Positions 14,562-23,432 of a stretch of DNA of 64,000 bases are shown here, piece after piece. Both the position numbers and the translations under genes were made by a program. Under the pieces are notes generated by a model. It was not told where the DNA came from and ran no database searches. It saw only the letters and a program-made list of their open reading frames with translations. The first letter of the stretch is position 1, and each line of letters starts with the position of its first letter. The DNA comes from an uncultured bacterium. GTDB lineage: Bacteria; Deinococcota; Deinococci; Deinococcales; Trueperaceae. The stretch is from contig CAZJGU010000004.1 in NCBI GenBank assembly GCA_964545455.1, forward strand, positions 3,409 to 67,408, written 5' to 3'.

Positions 14562-17513
14562 TCAGGCCGACAGCAGCAGCCGCGCGACCAGCGGGTCCAA
14601 TCGGTCCGGATCGGGCGGCGGTTCGGGATCGGCGTCGGGCCGCAGCGACCGCGCGCGGTCGAGGACGCTGGGCGGCGTCACGGGGTGGCGCAGGATCGCG
14701 TCGACGGCGGCGCTCGCCAGGTCCGAGCGGCCGGTCGCGTCCAGGGCCGCGGCATACGAGGCCAGGACCTGGAGCGTGCGCGGCACGGCGTCGGCGTCGT
14801 GCGCGATGCGCAGTGCCGGCAGGTAGAAGGCGTCGGCTCGCTCGGGGGCTCCGCGCCGCACCTGCAGGTCTCCGAGGTTCTTCAGCGTCACGATGCGCCC
14901 CAGCGTGTCGCCGACCGCCTCCTTGATCGCCAGGCTCTCGCGGCCCATCGCCTCGGCCTCGTCCAAGCGGCCCAGCGTGCCGTAGAGCACCAGCAGGTTG
15001 TTCTTGACCGACGACACGCCACGCGGGTAGCCCAGGCGTTCGTAGACCTCCAGGCTGCGTTCGTAGCGGTGGGCGGCCTCCTGCGCGTCGCCGCGCACGT
15101 CGGCGATGTAGCCGAGGTTGTTGAGCGCGGTCGCCCGCGACAGCTCGTCGCCGACGCGTTCGAACAGCTCCACGCAGCGCACGAACCGCTCCTCGGCGGC
15201 GTCGAAGCGTTCCTGCATCGCCTCCATGCTGCCCAGGGAGTTCAGGACGTTGGCCAGCTCCGCCTCGTCACCGGCCGCCGCGAACGCCGAGGCCGCGCGC
15301 TCGTACACCGCCTCGGCGTCGTCGAAGTCGCCCTGCAGCTGCAGCACGTCGCCCAGGCAGCGTTCGGCCCGGCCGGCCAGGGCGTCGTTCCCGACCGCCC
15401 GGGCGCGATCGGCGGCCGCACGCGCGAACGCCAGCGCTTGGCCCAACTCGCCGCGCTCGCGGGCGGTGGTCGCGGCGGCGACCTCGACGGTCGCGGCCAG
15501 GGCCTGCGCCTCGGGACCGCCCGAGGAGGCCAGGCGCGCGAGCGAGACGCGGCACACCTCGCCCCCGCGGCGGTAGTGTCCGAACAGGTCGTAGTAGTCG
15601 AAGAACGGCTTGGCGACCTCCAGCGCCCGATCGAAGGCGCCGCCGTCCAGCAGTCGAAGCCAGGCCCGCTCGAGGTTGTCGATGTCGGGCGCCAGGGCCA
15701 GCAGCGCCTCGCTGGCGCCCTGGGGGGGCCCGTCGAGGACCTCGTCCAGGCGCCGGGCGTAGTGCTCGGCGTGAGCGTTCCGCGCCGCCGCTTCCAGGTC
15801 CGGAGCCGCCGCCAGCGCCTCGGTCGCGTACTGCGCGACCAACGCGTGACTACCGAAGCGGTCGGGACCCGAGCGCTGCAGGAGCGACTGGTTCAGCAGG
15901 CTCAGCAGCAGCGCCCGCGGCGCGCCGCTGACGGCTTCCGCGGCGGCCAGCGTCCCGCCGCCCGCCAGCACCGAGAGGCGGGCGAGCACCTCGCGCTTGG
16001 CGGGGCTCAGGTCGGTCCAGGTGCGCTCGAGGACCGCGCGCATGCTGCGGTGTCGCTCCGGCACGTCGACCAGGTCGGTCTCGAGCAGGTGGAAGCCGGC
16101 CTCCAGTTCGTCCGCGACCGCGTCGAGCGACATGGCGCGGACCCAGGTCGCAGCCAGTTCGAGTGCCAGCGGCAGCCCCTCCACCGCCCGCACGATCCGG
16201 TCCGCGGCGGCCAGCGTGCCGGCGTGTGCCTCCAGCCGGGGCTCGACGCGCCTCGCGGCGGCCAGCAGCAGCGTGACCGCCTCGCTGCGGCCGCCCTTCT
16301 CCGGAGCGTCGGTGTCGAGACCGCCGAGGTCCAGCACGACCTCGCCGTGCAAGGCCAGCCGGCGGCGCGACGTGATCAGGACCCGGGCCGCCCCGTCCCC
16401 CGCGAGCCACGTCGCGAGACGCGCGGCGTGAGCGATCAGCGCCTCGAACTCGTCCAGGACCAGCAGCATGTCCAGCTCGCGGAGGGCGTCGGCCAACCGC
16501 TCGTCGCCCTCCGGGCCGGCCTCGATCTCGAGCCCGATCGCTTCGGCGATCCGGTCGAACGCCGCGTCGCCGTCGTGAGCGCCGGCGAGGGGGACGAACA
16601 CCGCCCCGTCGGCGTGCCGCGGCGCCCGGCGCCGGGCGGCCTCCAGCGCCACGCGCGTCTTGCCCACGCCGCCCAGCCCCAGCAGCGTGACGACGCGAAC
16701 GTCGCTCCGCTCCAGCAGGGCGTCCAGGTCGGCCAGCTCGCGCGACCGGCCCACGAAGCGCGTCGCCGGTCGTGGCAGGGACGGCCGATCGTCCGCTCGC
16801 GCGGGGCGCGCCGCGACGTCGGCCGGGCGCTCGTCCAGCACGGCGCGCGTCGCTGGCGCGGGAGCGGTCCCGACCTCGCGCTGCAGGTGCGCCTCGAACG
16901 CCGCCAGGCGGCGGCGCGCCTCCGACGCCCGCCCCGCACGGACCAGCGCGCGCAGCAGCTCCCGCAGCGCGTCCTCGTCCAGATCGTCGAGGTCCACCAG
17001 GCGCCCCAGGGCCGCGATGGCAGCGTCGTGCTCGCCCCGCTCGAGGCAGGCCTCGGCATGTCGCTCCAACGCGCTGCGGTAGCGCGTCTCGAGCGTGGCG
17101 CGCTCCAGCTCGAGCCAGGTGTCGAAGGTCGGCCGCCCGCGCAGCGTGTACCCAGCGAGGAGCGGACCGCGGTAGCCGGCCACGGCCGTCGCCAGGTCGC
17201 CGGCGGCCAGCGCAGCGTCGAACGCCGCGACGTCGTGCGCGACGTCGAAACGGACCCGCTGCGGCTCGACGCGCAACCCTGCCGCCCAGGGGAGGCGTTG
17301 CGCGCGGTGCAGCTGCAGACGCAGGTAGCGCAGCGCCTCGGACTCGTCCTCGTCCGGGCGGTAGAGGTAGGCGAGCTCCGTCCGCGGGATCCAGCCGCGC
17401 GCCAGCGCCAGGTAGGCGAGGAGCGACGCGGGCGCGTGGGCCGGCAGCGCCGTGTCGACTCCCTCGAGCGTCACGGTCGGGGTCCCCAACAGCTGGAGGC
17501 GGGGCGCGGGCAC
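14562..17513 (-). CDS. AfsR-like regulator: SARP wHTH + BTAD + NB-ARC ATPase + TPR repeats
   Basis: 983 aa. The N-terminal SARP/BTAD region shows LLGTPTV..., LLAYLAL..., DLDDLDEDALRELLRALVRAGRASEARR. Walker A is LLGLGGVGKT. The C-terminal region has many TPR-like repeats. Confidence 0.85.
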   Translation of the reverse strand: MPAPRLQLLGTPTVTLEGVDTALPAHAPASLLAYLALARGWIPRTELAYLYRPDEDESEALRYLRLQLHRAQRLPWAAGLRVEPQRVRFDVAHDVAAFDAALAAGDLATAVAGYRGPLLAGYTLRGRPTFDTWLELERATLETRYRSALERHAEACLERGEHDAAIAALGRLVDLDDLDEDALRELLRALVRAGRASEARRRLAAFEAHLQREVGTAPAPATRAVLDERPADVAARPARADDRPSLPRPATRFVGRSRELADLDALLERSDVRVVTLLGLGGVGKTRVALEAARRRAPRHADGAVFVPLAGAHDGDAAFDRIAEAIGLEIEAGPEGDERLADALRELDMLLVLDEFEALIAHAARLATWLAGDGAARVLITSRRRLALHGEVVLDLGGLDTDAPEKGGRSEAVTLLLAAARRVEPRLEAHAGTLAAADRIVRAVEGLPLALELAATWVRAMSLDAVADELEAGFHLLETDLVDVPERHRSMRAVLERTWTDLSPAKREVLARLSVLAGGGTLAAAEAVSGAPRALLLSLLNQSLLQRSGPDRFGSHALVAQYATEALAAAPDLEAAARNAHAEHYARRLDEVLDGPPQGASEALLALAPDIDNLERAWLRLLDGGAFDRALEVAKPFFDYYDLFGHYRRGGEVCRVSLARLASSGGPEAQALAATVEVAAATTARERGELGQALAFARAAADRARAVGNDALAGRAERCLGDVLQLQGDFDDAEAVYERAASAFAAAGDEAELANVLNSLGSMEAMQERFDAAEERFVRCVELFERVGDELSRATALNNLGYIADVRGDAQEAAHRYERSLEVYERLGYPRGVSSVKNNLLVLYGTLGRLDEAEAMGRESLAIKEAVGDTLGRIVTLKNLGDLQVRRGAPERADAFYLPALRIAHDADAVPRTLQVLASYAAALDATGRSDLASAAVDAILRHPVTPPSVLDRARSLRPDADPEPPPDPDRLDPLVARLLLSA

Positions 17514-17518
17514 GCAGG

Positions 17519-17524
17519 AGTCTA
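17519..17524 (-). promoter_or_regulatory. -10-like TAGACT 5 nt upstream of the regulator GTG start
   Basis: The minus strand reads TAGACT-CCTGC-GTG (17513). The intergenic gap to the NERD gene is only 30 nt, so read-through is an alternative. Confidence 0.3.
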
Positions 17525-17543
17525 TCGCTCGGCGCGGCTTCTC

Positions 17544-18527
17544 CTACGAATGCCCGGTCCGGGTCGGTCCGACCCGCAGGTGCGTCCGCGTCCCGCACGA
17601 GCCGCAGGTGCCGGCAAACCCCCCTTCCTCCCGTTGGACCCGGAAGTTCGCCCCGCACCGTCCGCAGCGCGGGCGCACCGCCGTGTTCCTGCCGCACGCC
17701 GTGCAAGCCCCGTACGGACCGTAGCGACCGACCTTGGCCACCATGTCGTGCGATCCGCACGAGCCGCAGGCCAGGCGGATCTCGATCGGGGTGCTCTCCG
17801 TGGCCACGGCGCCGGGCTCAGGAGCAGGGGGCGGGACATCGTGAACGTCGCTCGGCAGGGACGGGGCGGGCGCGGACTGGACGCGCAGGAAGTGTGCGAC
17901 GCGCACGACCTCACGGTCGTTGAACTCGCGTGGGACGTCGGCGAAGAGCGTTCTCGGGTCCGGGTTCAGGACGTTGGCCGCCTTGCGGTACGCCGCGATC
18001 CGCTCCTGGATCGCGCCCGGGATGGCGTCCGCCTTCCGTGCGCTCGGAACCTGCGTCTTGCGGGCCCGCCGGATCGTTCCCTGATCCGAGACCGCCGCGT
18101 AGGTGTCGATCGCCATGGTCCGGAACGTCCCCTGCACCAGGCCGAGCACCTTGTCCAACAGGTCCGCCGTGCGCGACGTGAGAAGGCGCTTGATCAGCAG
18201 GCCCTGCCGCTCGGCCTGCAGCAGCGGATCGGGCATGCCGCGCCAGCGGCCGTTCCAGAGCCGTTCCCACTCGTGCTGGGCGTTGATGCGGACCTGGGTC
18301 GAGATGCTCTTGCTCTCGACGATCGCGATGCCGAAGCGGTGGACGACGAGGTGGTCGATCTGCGCCCGGTCGCCGCCATGCTCGATCCGGACGTCGTGAA
18401 GGACGTGGATCCGCTGGTGCTCCGCGAAGTAGCGGTCGAGGTAGTGCGCCATCTGACGTTCCGCGCGATCGCCGGCCGCGCGCCGGGGATCGGTCTCGGA
18501 GCGCGGCGCGTACGGCTTGATGACCAT
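17544..18527 (-). CDS. NERD-domain protein with C-terminal Cys4 zinc ribbons
   Basis: ORF 17544-19142 trimmed to ATG 18527. The NERD core shows GDRAERQMAHYLDRYF...VLHDVRIEHGGDRAQIDHLVVHRFGIAIVESK. The C-terminus shows CGSCGSH...CTACG...CGRCG...CGSCG. Confidence 0.75.
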   Translation of the reverse strand: MVIKPYAPRSETDPRRAAGDRAERQMAHYLDRYFAEHQRIHVLHDVRIEHGGDRAQIDHLVVHRFGIAIVESKSISTQVRINAQHEWERLWNGRWRGMPDPLLQAERQGLLIKRLLTSRTADLLDKVLGLVQGTFRTMAIDTYAAVSDQGTIRRARKTQVPSARKADAIPGAIQERIAAYRKAANVLNPDPRTLFADVPREFNDREVVRVAHFLRVQSAPAPSLPSDVHDVPPPAPEPGAVATESTPIEIRLACGSCGSHDMVAKVGRYGPYGACTACGRNTAVRPRCGRCGANFRVQREEGGFAGTCGSCGTRTHLRVGPTRTGHS

Positions 18528-18533
18528 GGGGCG

Positions 18534-18539
18534 ATGGTA
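18534..18539 (-). promoter_or_regulatory. -10-like TACCAT 6 nt upstream of the NERD ATG (leaderless-type)
   Basis: The minus strand reads TACCAT-CGCCCC-ATG (18527). No SD. Confidence 0.4.
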
Positions 18540-18810
18540 CGGGATGGGCACGAACTCGGGTCTGCGCGACCCACCGGTCCGTAGGCCGAGCCCTTCGTCG
18601 CTCCGAGCGCCGAAGCGTGGCCCGATTCTCGAGTGGGGGCGCGGGCGAGGGTAGGTCTCGCATGCGCGCACGAACCCCAGCCCTCCTGGGCGTGCCTCCC
18701 GGTACCCGTAGGGGGCCCCGAGCGCGACGTGGCACGGTTGGATCCCATGGCGTCCAGGCGCGCGCACGCCGATAGAGCGTCCCGATCGCACCAAAAAGGG
18801 TACGATACGC

Positions 18811-19188
18811 GTGGATGACGGCCGGAACCTCCGGTCCGTCGAGCCGGTCCTGTCGGTCCGCTTCTTCCGCACGGAGGCAGGCAGGGAGCCTGTTCGCGAG
18901 TGGTTCCGCGCACGTCCGGTGGTGGACCGTCTCAGGATCGGCGCGGACCTGAAGACTGTCCAGTACGGCTGGCCCGTCGGAATGCCATGGGTCCGCAAGC
19001 TGTCGCCGCGACTCTGGGAGGTCCGTACGCAGGGCCAGACCACGGCGCTCCGGGTCCTGTTCACCGTAGGAGGGAAGACGATGCTTCTGTTGCACGCGTT
19101 CGAGAAGGCGTCGGCCAAGAGTCCGCGTCGTGAGCTTGCCACCGCTCGGCGTCGGCTCGCGCGAGCCTGGATGGAGGATCGGCTGTGA
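18811..19188 (+). CDS. higB: RelE/ParE-superfamily toxin (HigB / phage Gp49-like)
   Basis: VRFFRTEAGREPVREWF...WEVRTQGQTTALRVLFTVGGKTMLLLHAFEKASAK. The toxin precedes the antitoxin, as in HigBA. Confidence 0.7.
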   Translation: MDDGRNLRSVEPVLSVRFFRTEAGREPVREWFRARPVVDRLRIGADLKTVQYGWPVGMPWVRKLSPRLWEVRTQGQTTALRVLFTVGGKTMLLLHAFEKASAKSPRRELATARRRLARAWMEDRL

Positions 19189-19475
19189 ACGCGCGCGTGA
19201 TCGGCAGCGACCTCGACGACGCGCTACGGGAGGAGGGCCTCCTCCAGGACGCGACGGCGATCGCCGTCAAGCGGGTCATCGCTCAGCAGATTCAGCGTGC
19301 CATGACGGCCGGCGGCATCTCGCGTTCCGAGATGGCGCGCCGGATGCGCACCAGCCGCTCGACCGTCGATCGGCTACTCGATCCGGACAATCCCTCCGTC
19401 ACGCTCCACACCCTGGAACGCGCCGCGGGCGCGGTCGGACGGCGGTTGGAGGTTGGACTCTCGAAGGTGGTGTGA
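19185..19475 (+). CDS. higA: XRE-family HTH antitoxin (HigA-like)
   Basis: GTGA overlap with the toxin. GISRSEMARRMRTSRSTVDRLLDPDNPSVTLHTLERAAGAVGRRLEV. Confidence 0.75.
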   Translation: MNARVIGSDLDDALREEGLLQDATAIAVKRVIAQQIQRAMTAGGISRSEMARRMRTSRSTVDRLLDPDNPSVTLHTLERAAGAVGRRLEVGLSKVV

Positions 19476-19505
19476 CGACCGCTGCACGCATCGACCGACG
19501 GAGCC

Positions 19506-19754
19506 CTACGTCGGAAGTCCCGTCTCTCCGTACAGCGGGTCCGCGTGGTCGACTCGGTCGTACGGAGCGCGCAGCCGGCTGGCGCAGTCGCGACCGATGG
19601 CGAGCAGCCTTTCGGCGCGTACCCGCCGTCGCGTCTCGCGTTCGAGACGCCCTCGTAGCGCGACCGTAACGGCGGTCGTGAGAGACTCGCCCGTCCGTTC
19701 GGCCAGTTCCCGCGCCAGTCGAAGGGCCTCTGGATCGTCGATGCGCAGGCTCAT
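19506..19754 (-). CDS. VapB-family antitoxin without an adjacent toxin
   Basis: 82 aa, same length and family look as 7879-8127 ([25 protein letters not shown]...LYGETGLPT). The downstream position on its strand is occupied by higA on the other strand. Confidence 0.65.
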   Translation of the reverse strand: MSLRIDDPEALRLARELAERTGESLTTAVTVALRGRLERETRRRVRAERLLAIGRDCASRLRAPYDRVDHADPLYGETGLPT

Positions 19755-19763
19755 ACGGAATGC

Positions 19764-20867
19764 CTACCATCCGGAGCAACCGTCCTGCAGGTCGTCCGCG
19801 TCGGCATCGTCGACCCCCTCCACCTGCCCTACCAACACGTGCCAGTCCTCCCGCCCCGCCTCGTCCACGCCCAGGTGGTAGCCGACCAGGGTGCAGCCGA
19901 CGTTCTCCAGCTCGTTCTGGAGGTCGCCGATCGCCGTGCGCACTTCGCCCCCGCGCCGTACCGGCCGGCCGATCAGCACCAGCGCGCCGCCGGGGCGCAG
20001 GACGCGCGCGGCCGACACCGTCATGTCCGCGATCATCGCCGCGTAGCCTTCGCGGCCCGGCACCGCACCGTTCGTCGGACGCCTGGACCAGGCGTCGTAG
20101 GTCGGCGGGTGGAGGAGGACGACGTCGGCGACGTGCTCCGTGAGGCCCCGGTCCAGGCGTAGGGCCGTCGCATCCGCCCGGTGCACGAACGGCGCGCGCG
20201 GCGCGATGTCGCCCGACCAGGACGGACAGCCGCGCTCCCGCGCGACCCGGGCGATCGTGCCGGACCCGGCCGTCAGGTCGACGATCCGGTCGCCCGGCGC
20301 GGCGTGGCGCGCCAGGATCGCGCGGGCCAACGACGGGTGCAGCTCCTCCGCCTCGCGGCCTGCGGGGGAGAGGACGGGGAAACGCCACACGTCGCCGCTC
20401 GGCCCGGCCGAGCGGTCGGGCGCCTCGGCCGGCGGCAGCCAGCCGTCCACCGTCTCCGCCCGCGGCGCGGCCGCGTCCCGGAGCGCACGATCCAGTGCGC
20501 GGGCGACCCGCTGGCTCCAGGTGCCCTCGTCCGTTCGCATCGTCGCCGCCTCATGCAGGGCTGCCGCCCGCACCTCGGCCTCCACCCCCGCCAGCCGCCG
20601 CGCGACCGTCAGCGCCAGGCCGCGATCGCGCACCTCCTCCACCACCTCGTCCGGCCAGGCACCCAGGGACAGCAGGTGGTTGCGGGCGTAGGACGCGCCG
20701 ATCGCGAGGTCGTCCAAGACCTCTTGGAGCTCCGGCGTGTCGGCCAGTCGCTCCGGCTTGAGCAGCGTCCACAGGCGGGTCCGCGTCGCCGCTGCATCGG
20801 GTGTGCCCAGCGCGCGTCCGGCGTGCTGGATCAGGCGGTCGTAGAGGATCGCGGGGTTCCGGGCCAT
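19764..20867 (-). CDS. SAM-dependent methyltransferase with N-terminal ParB-type HTH-like region
   Basis: ORF 19764-20909; start ATG 20867 preferred, 20909 possible. N-terminus: LLSLGAWPDEVVEEVRDRGLALTVARRLAGV (ParB-HTH-like). Motif I is IVDLTAGSGT. Motif IV-like is VVLLHPPTY. Confidence 0.6.
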   Translation of the reverse strand: MARNPAILYDRLIQHAGRALGTPDAAATRTRLWTLLKPERLADTPELQEVLDDLAIGASYARNHLLSLGAWPDEVVEEVRDRGLALTVARRLAGVEAEVRAAALHEAATMRTDEGTWSQRVARALDRALRDAAAPRAETVDGWLPPAEAPDRSAGPSGDVWRFPVLSPAGREAEELHPSLARAILARHAAPGDRIVDLTAGSGTIARVARERGCPSWSGDIAPRAPFVHRADATALRLDRGLTEHVADVVLLHPPTYDAWSRRPTNGAVPGREGYAAMIADMTVSAARVLRPGGALVLIGRPVRRGGEVRTAIGDLQNELENVGCTLVGYHLGVDEAGREDWHVLVGQVEGVDDADADDLQDGCSGW

Positions 20868-20920
20868 GCCGCAGTCTGGCACGTTCGGATGGTCAGTGCA
20901 GTGGACCATGCGTGCGCGTC

Positions 20921-20926
20921 TACGCT
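20921..20926 (+). promoter_or_regulatory. -10-like TACGCT 6 nt upstream of the SAM synthetase ATG (leaderless-type)
   Basis: TACGCT-CCGGTC-ATG (20933). No SD. Confidence 0.35.
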
Positions 20927-20932
20927 CCGGTC

Positions 20933-22183
20933 ATGGACACGAACGCGAGCCGCCCGTCCCCCATCGACCTCCGCTGGGCCCCGGCCTACGACCCGCCGGT
21001 CGAGTTCGTCGAGCGCAAGGGCGCCGGCCACCCCGACACCATCTGCGACGCCCTGGCCGAGGGCCTGGCCCGCGACCTGGCCCGCGCCTACCTGGAGCAG
21101 GACGGCGCGTTGCGGCACTTCAACGTCGACAAGGCGCTGCTCTCCGCCGGCGAGGTGCGGCTGGGCGACGGCCGCACGCCGTTCGGCGGGGGCGAGGTCG
21201 TGCGCCCCTCGCGCATCGTGCTGGCCGGCAAGGTCGACGCGACCGACGGCCTGCCCGCCCTGGCCCCGCTGACCCGCGCCGCCTACGAGCGGCTGCAGGC
21301 GATCCTGCCGTGGGCCAGCCTGCCCGGCGACTACGGGGTCGAGCTCTGGCTGCAGCCGTCCAGCGCCGACCTGCTGCCGCTCCTCGCCCGCGGCGCACGC
21401 GCGGACGACCGGGCGCCGCTCGCCAACGACACCTCGTTCGCCGTCGTCTCGCTGCCGCGCTCTCCGCTGGAGGCCGCCGTCCACGCGGTCGAGCGGGCCC
21501 TGGCGGCCGAGGCCCACGCAGGCCGCCTGCCCCTGGGCGCGGACGTCAAGGTGATGGGCCTGCGCCGCGGGGACGAGGTCGAGGTGACGGTCGCCGCCGC
21601 GGTCCTGGCCCGGGCCGTGCCGGACCAGGCCGCCTACCGAGCGGTCAAGGACGCGGTCCACGACCTGGCACGCAGCACGGTGAAGGACGTCTTCGCCCGG
21701 GCCGGACGCCGCCTGGGCCGCCTGGAGGTCCACGTCAACCGCGCCGACCTGGAGCCGGACGGCGCCTACCTCACCCTCACCGGATCGTCGGCCGAGGCGG
21801 GCGACGACGGCCAGGTCGGCCGCGGCAACCGCGTCGGCGGGCTGATCACGCCGCACCGCTCGATGTCGCTGGAGGCTGCCTGCGGGAAGAACCCGCTGGG
21901 GCACGTCGGCAAGCTCTACCACGCGCTCGCCTGGGACGCGACGACGGCGCTGCTGGCCCTCCCCGGCATCGGCGGCGCGACGGTGCGCCTGCTGTCGCGC
22001 ATCGGCACGCCCGTCGACCGTCACGTCGCGGTCGAGGTCGAGGTGCGGCCGGCGGACGGTGCGGCCGGTGCGGACGCGACGCCGGCCGACGAGGACGCGA
22101 TCCGGGCAGCCGTGCGGGCGGCGCTGGCCGACTGGCGCCGCGCCTCCGGCCGCCTGATCGACGGCCGCTACGAGCTGGCGTGA
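20933..22183 (+). CDS. Archaeal-type S-adenosylmethionine synthetase (methionine adenosyltransferase)
   Basis: ORF 20801-22183 trimmed to ATG 20933. FVERKGAGHPDTICDALAE, LANDTSFAV, LTLTGSSAEAGDDGQVGRGNRVGGLITPHRSMSLEAACGKNPLGHVGKLYH. This is the archaeal MAT signature, not bacterial MetK. Confidence 0.85.
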   Translation: MDTNASRPSPIDLRWAPAYDPPVEFVERKGAGHPDTICDALAEGLARDLARAYLEQDGALRHFNVDKALLSAGEVRLGDGRTPFGGGEVVRPSRIVLAGKVDATDGLPALAPLTRAAYERLQAILPWASLPGDYGVELWLQPSSADLLPLLARGARADDRAPLANDTSFAVVSLPRSPLEAAVHAVERALAAEAHAGRLPLGADVKVMGLRRGDEVEVTVAAAVLARAVPDQAAYRAVKDAVHDLARSTVKDVFARAGRRLGRLEVHVNRADLEPDGAYLTLTGSSAEAGDDGQVGRGNRVGGLITPHRSMSLEAACGKNPLGHVGKLYHALAWDATTALLALPGIGGATVRLLSRIGTPVDRHVAVEVEVRPADGAAGADATPADEDAIRAAVRAALADWRRASGRLIDGRYELA

Positions 22184-22246
22184 GGCGCGACGCTCCCTGT
22201 CGCAGCCGCGCGCGACGCTGACCTCCCGACTCGAAAGGACCTCCGC

Positions 22247-23395
22247 ATGGACCTGCCCCACCACCGTGACGCCGGACGTTCCGAACCCGACCGCGCCGAG
22301 ACCGATCGCCCCGAGCCCATCCCCGTCGATCCGCACCCCGCCCTGGACCCCGTCGGCCGCCGCGCGCTGCAGGCGATCCGCGCCCGCCTGATGATCGACC
22401 CGGAGTGGAGCGAGGACCACGGCGACGGGCTCTCCTGGTGGTCGCACCGCCTGCGCCAACGCTTCCGGGTGGAGGGGCCGATCGACCTGGACGGCCTGCC
22501 GACCTGGTGGGCGTCGTTCGAGACCGACGTGGCCGCCGGCATCGAGGGGAGCGAGGAGGCCAAGGGTCTGATCGCCTACGCCGCCAACCGCGTCTCCAAC
22601 CTCTACGCCACCGTCGTCGAGGGCGACCGGCTCAGGCACCGGGCGCGTGTCTACTTCCTGCCCGAAACGCTGGAGCACCGCGTCGCGCTGCTCACCGACC
22701 GCGCGCTGCTCTCCAACGTCGACGCGCACCGCATCGCGGACACCTTCGTCGGGCAGGGCGCGAAGATCGGCCTGAACGGCGGCGCCTTACGCGTGGACGC
22801 GAGCGCCCACCCCGCCTCCGGCCCGCGCGAGGTGCCGGACGAGATGCTCACCGTCCGCGACACGATCTTCGTGCCCCTCGGCCAGGTCGAGGCGCCGCGC
22901 GAACGCCGGCCCGACCTGGCCGCTGCGGCGCGCTACCTGGCGGGTGTCACGCGGCCCGACCTGGAGGTCCGCGTCGGGCGCAGCGACGGCAGCGGCCTGG
23001 GCGCGACCTTCCTGTCCGGGGATGCGATGGGCGCGTACAACGTGCACCTTGGCGTGCGCCACCCGATCCTGGGCCTGGGCGCCCTGTCGCTGCTGCGGCT
23101 GGTGCCGCGGGGCGGGTTCGCGGCCGAGGGCGCGTCGGACGAGGAGGCCTTCGCCTACGCGCGCCGCCAGTGCGAGCGCCTGGACGCCGCCGAGTGGCGC
23201 GTCTGGCGGCCGCTCCTGAGCCTGGGCGCCTGGGTGCCCGATCGGGTCGGCGCCAGCGACACCCTCGCCCTGACCCACGCCACCTTCCACCCCAACGCGA
23301 CGTCCGTGCCGGGCCTGGGGACCGAGCTGGTGGCGGACGCGCTGGTGCGCTACGCGTGGGCGGCAGGGTTCGTGCGTGGGGGTGGGGTCAACTGA
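22247..23395 (+). CDS. Hypothetical protein (382 aa), no family recognised
   Basis: Full ORF with non-shadow composition, 63 nt downstream of the MAT gene on the same strand. A hairpin lies 20 nt after its stop. Confidence 0.55.
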   Translation: MDLPHHRDAGRSEPDRAETDRPEPIPVDPHPALDPVGRRALQAIRARLMIDPEWSEDHGDGLSWWSHRLRQRFRVEGPIDLDGLPTWWASFETDVAAGIEGSEEAKGLIAYAANRVSNLYATVVEGDRLRHRARVYFLPETLEHRVALLTDRALLSNVDAHRIADTFVGQGAKIGLNGGALRVDASAHPASGPREVPDEMLTVRDTIFVPLGQVEAPRERRPDLAAAARYLAGVTRPDLEVRVGRSDGSGLGATFLSGDAMGAYNVHLGVRHPILGLGALSLLRLVPRGGFAAEGASDEEAFAYARRQCERLDAAEWRVWRPLLSLGAWVPDRVGASDTLALTHATFHPNATSVPGLGTELVADALVRYAWAAGFVRGGGVN

Positions 23396-23414
23396 AGGTG
23401 CGGCTTCGAGGGAA

Positions 23415-23432
23415 CACGCCACGATCGGCGTG
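23415..23432 (+). terminator. Hairpin CACGCC-ACGATC-GGCGTG after the 382-aa gene
   Basis: 6-bp GC-rich stem 20 nt past the stop at 23395. No clear U-tract. Confidence 0.3.

Noticed and set aside
13437-18584. 1715-aa plus-strand ORF, the longest in the track. Similar giants are 25207-28533 (-), 20831-22729 (-), 15850-17760 (-), 41768-43186 N-terminal part, and 9705-11537 N-terminal part.
   Set aside because: They have extremely Arg/Gly/Pro/Ala-rich, low-complexity translations with no recognisable domains. They lie antisense or out of frame to genes with clear family motifs. These are typical shadow ORFs of about 70% GC DNA.
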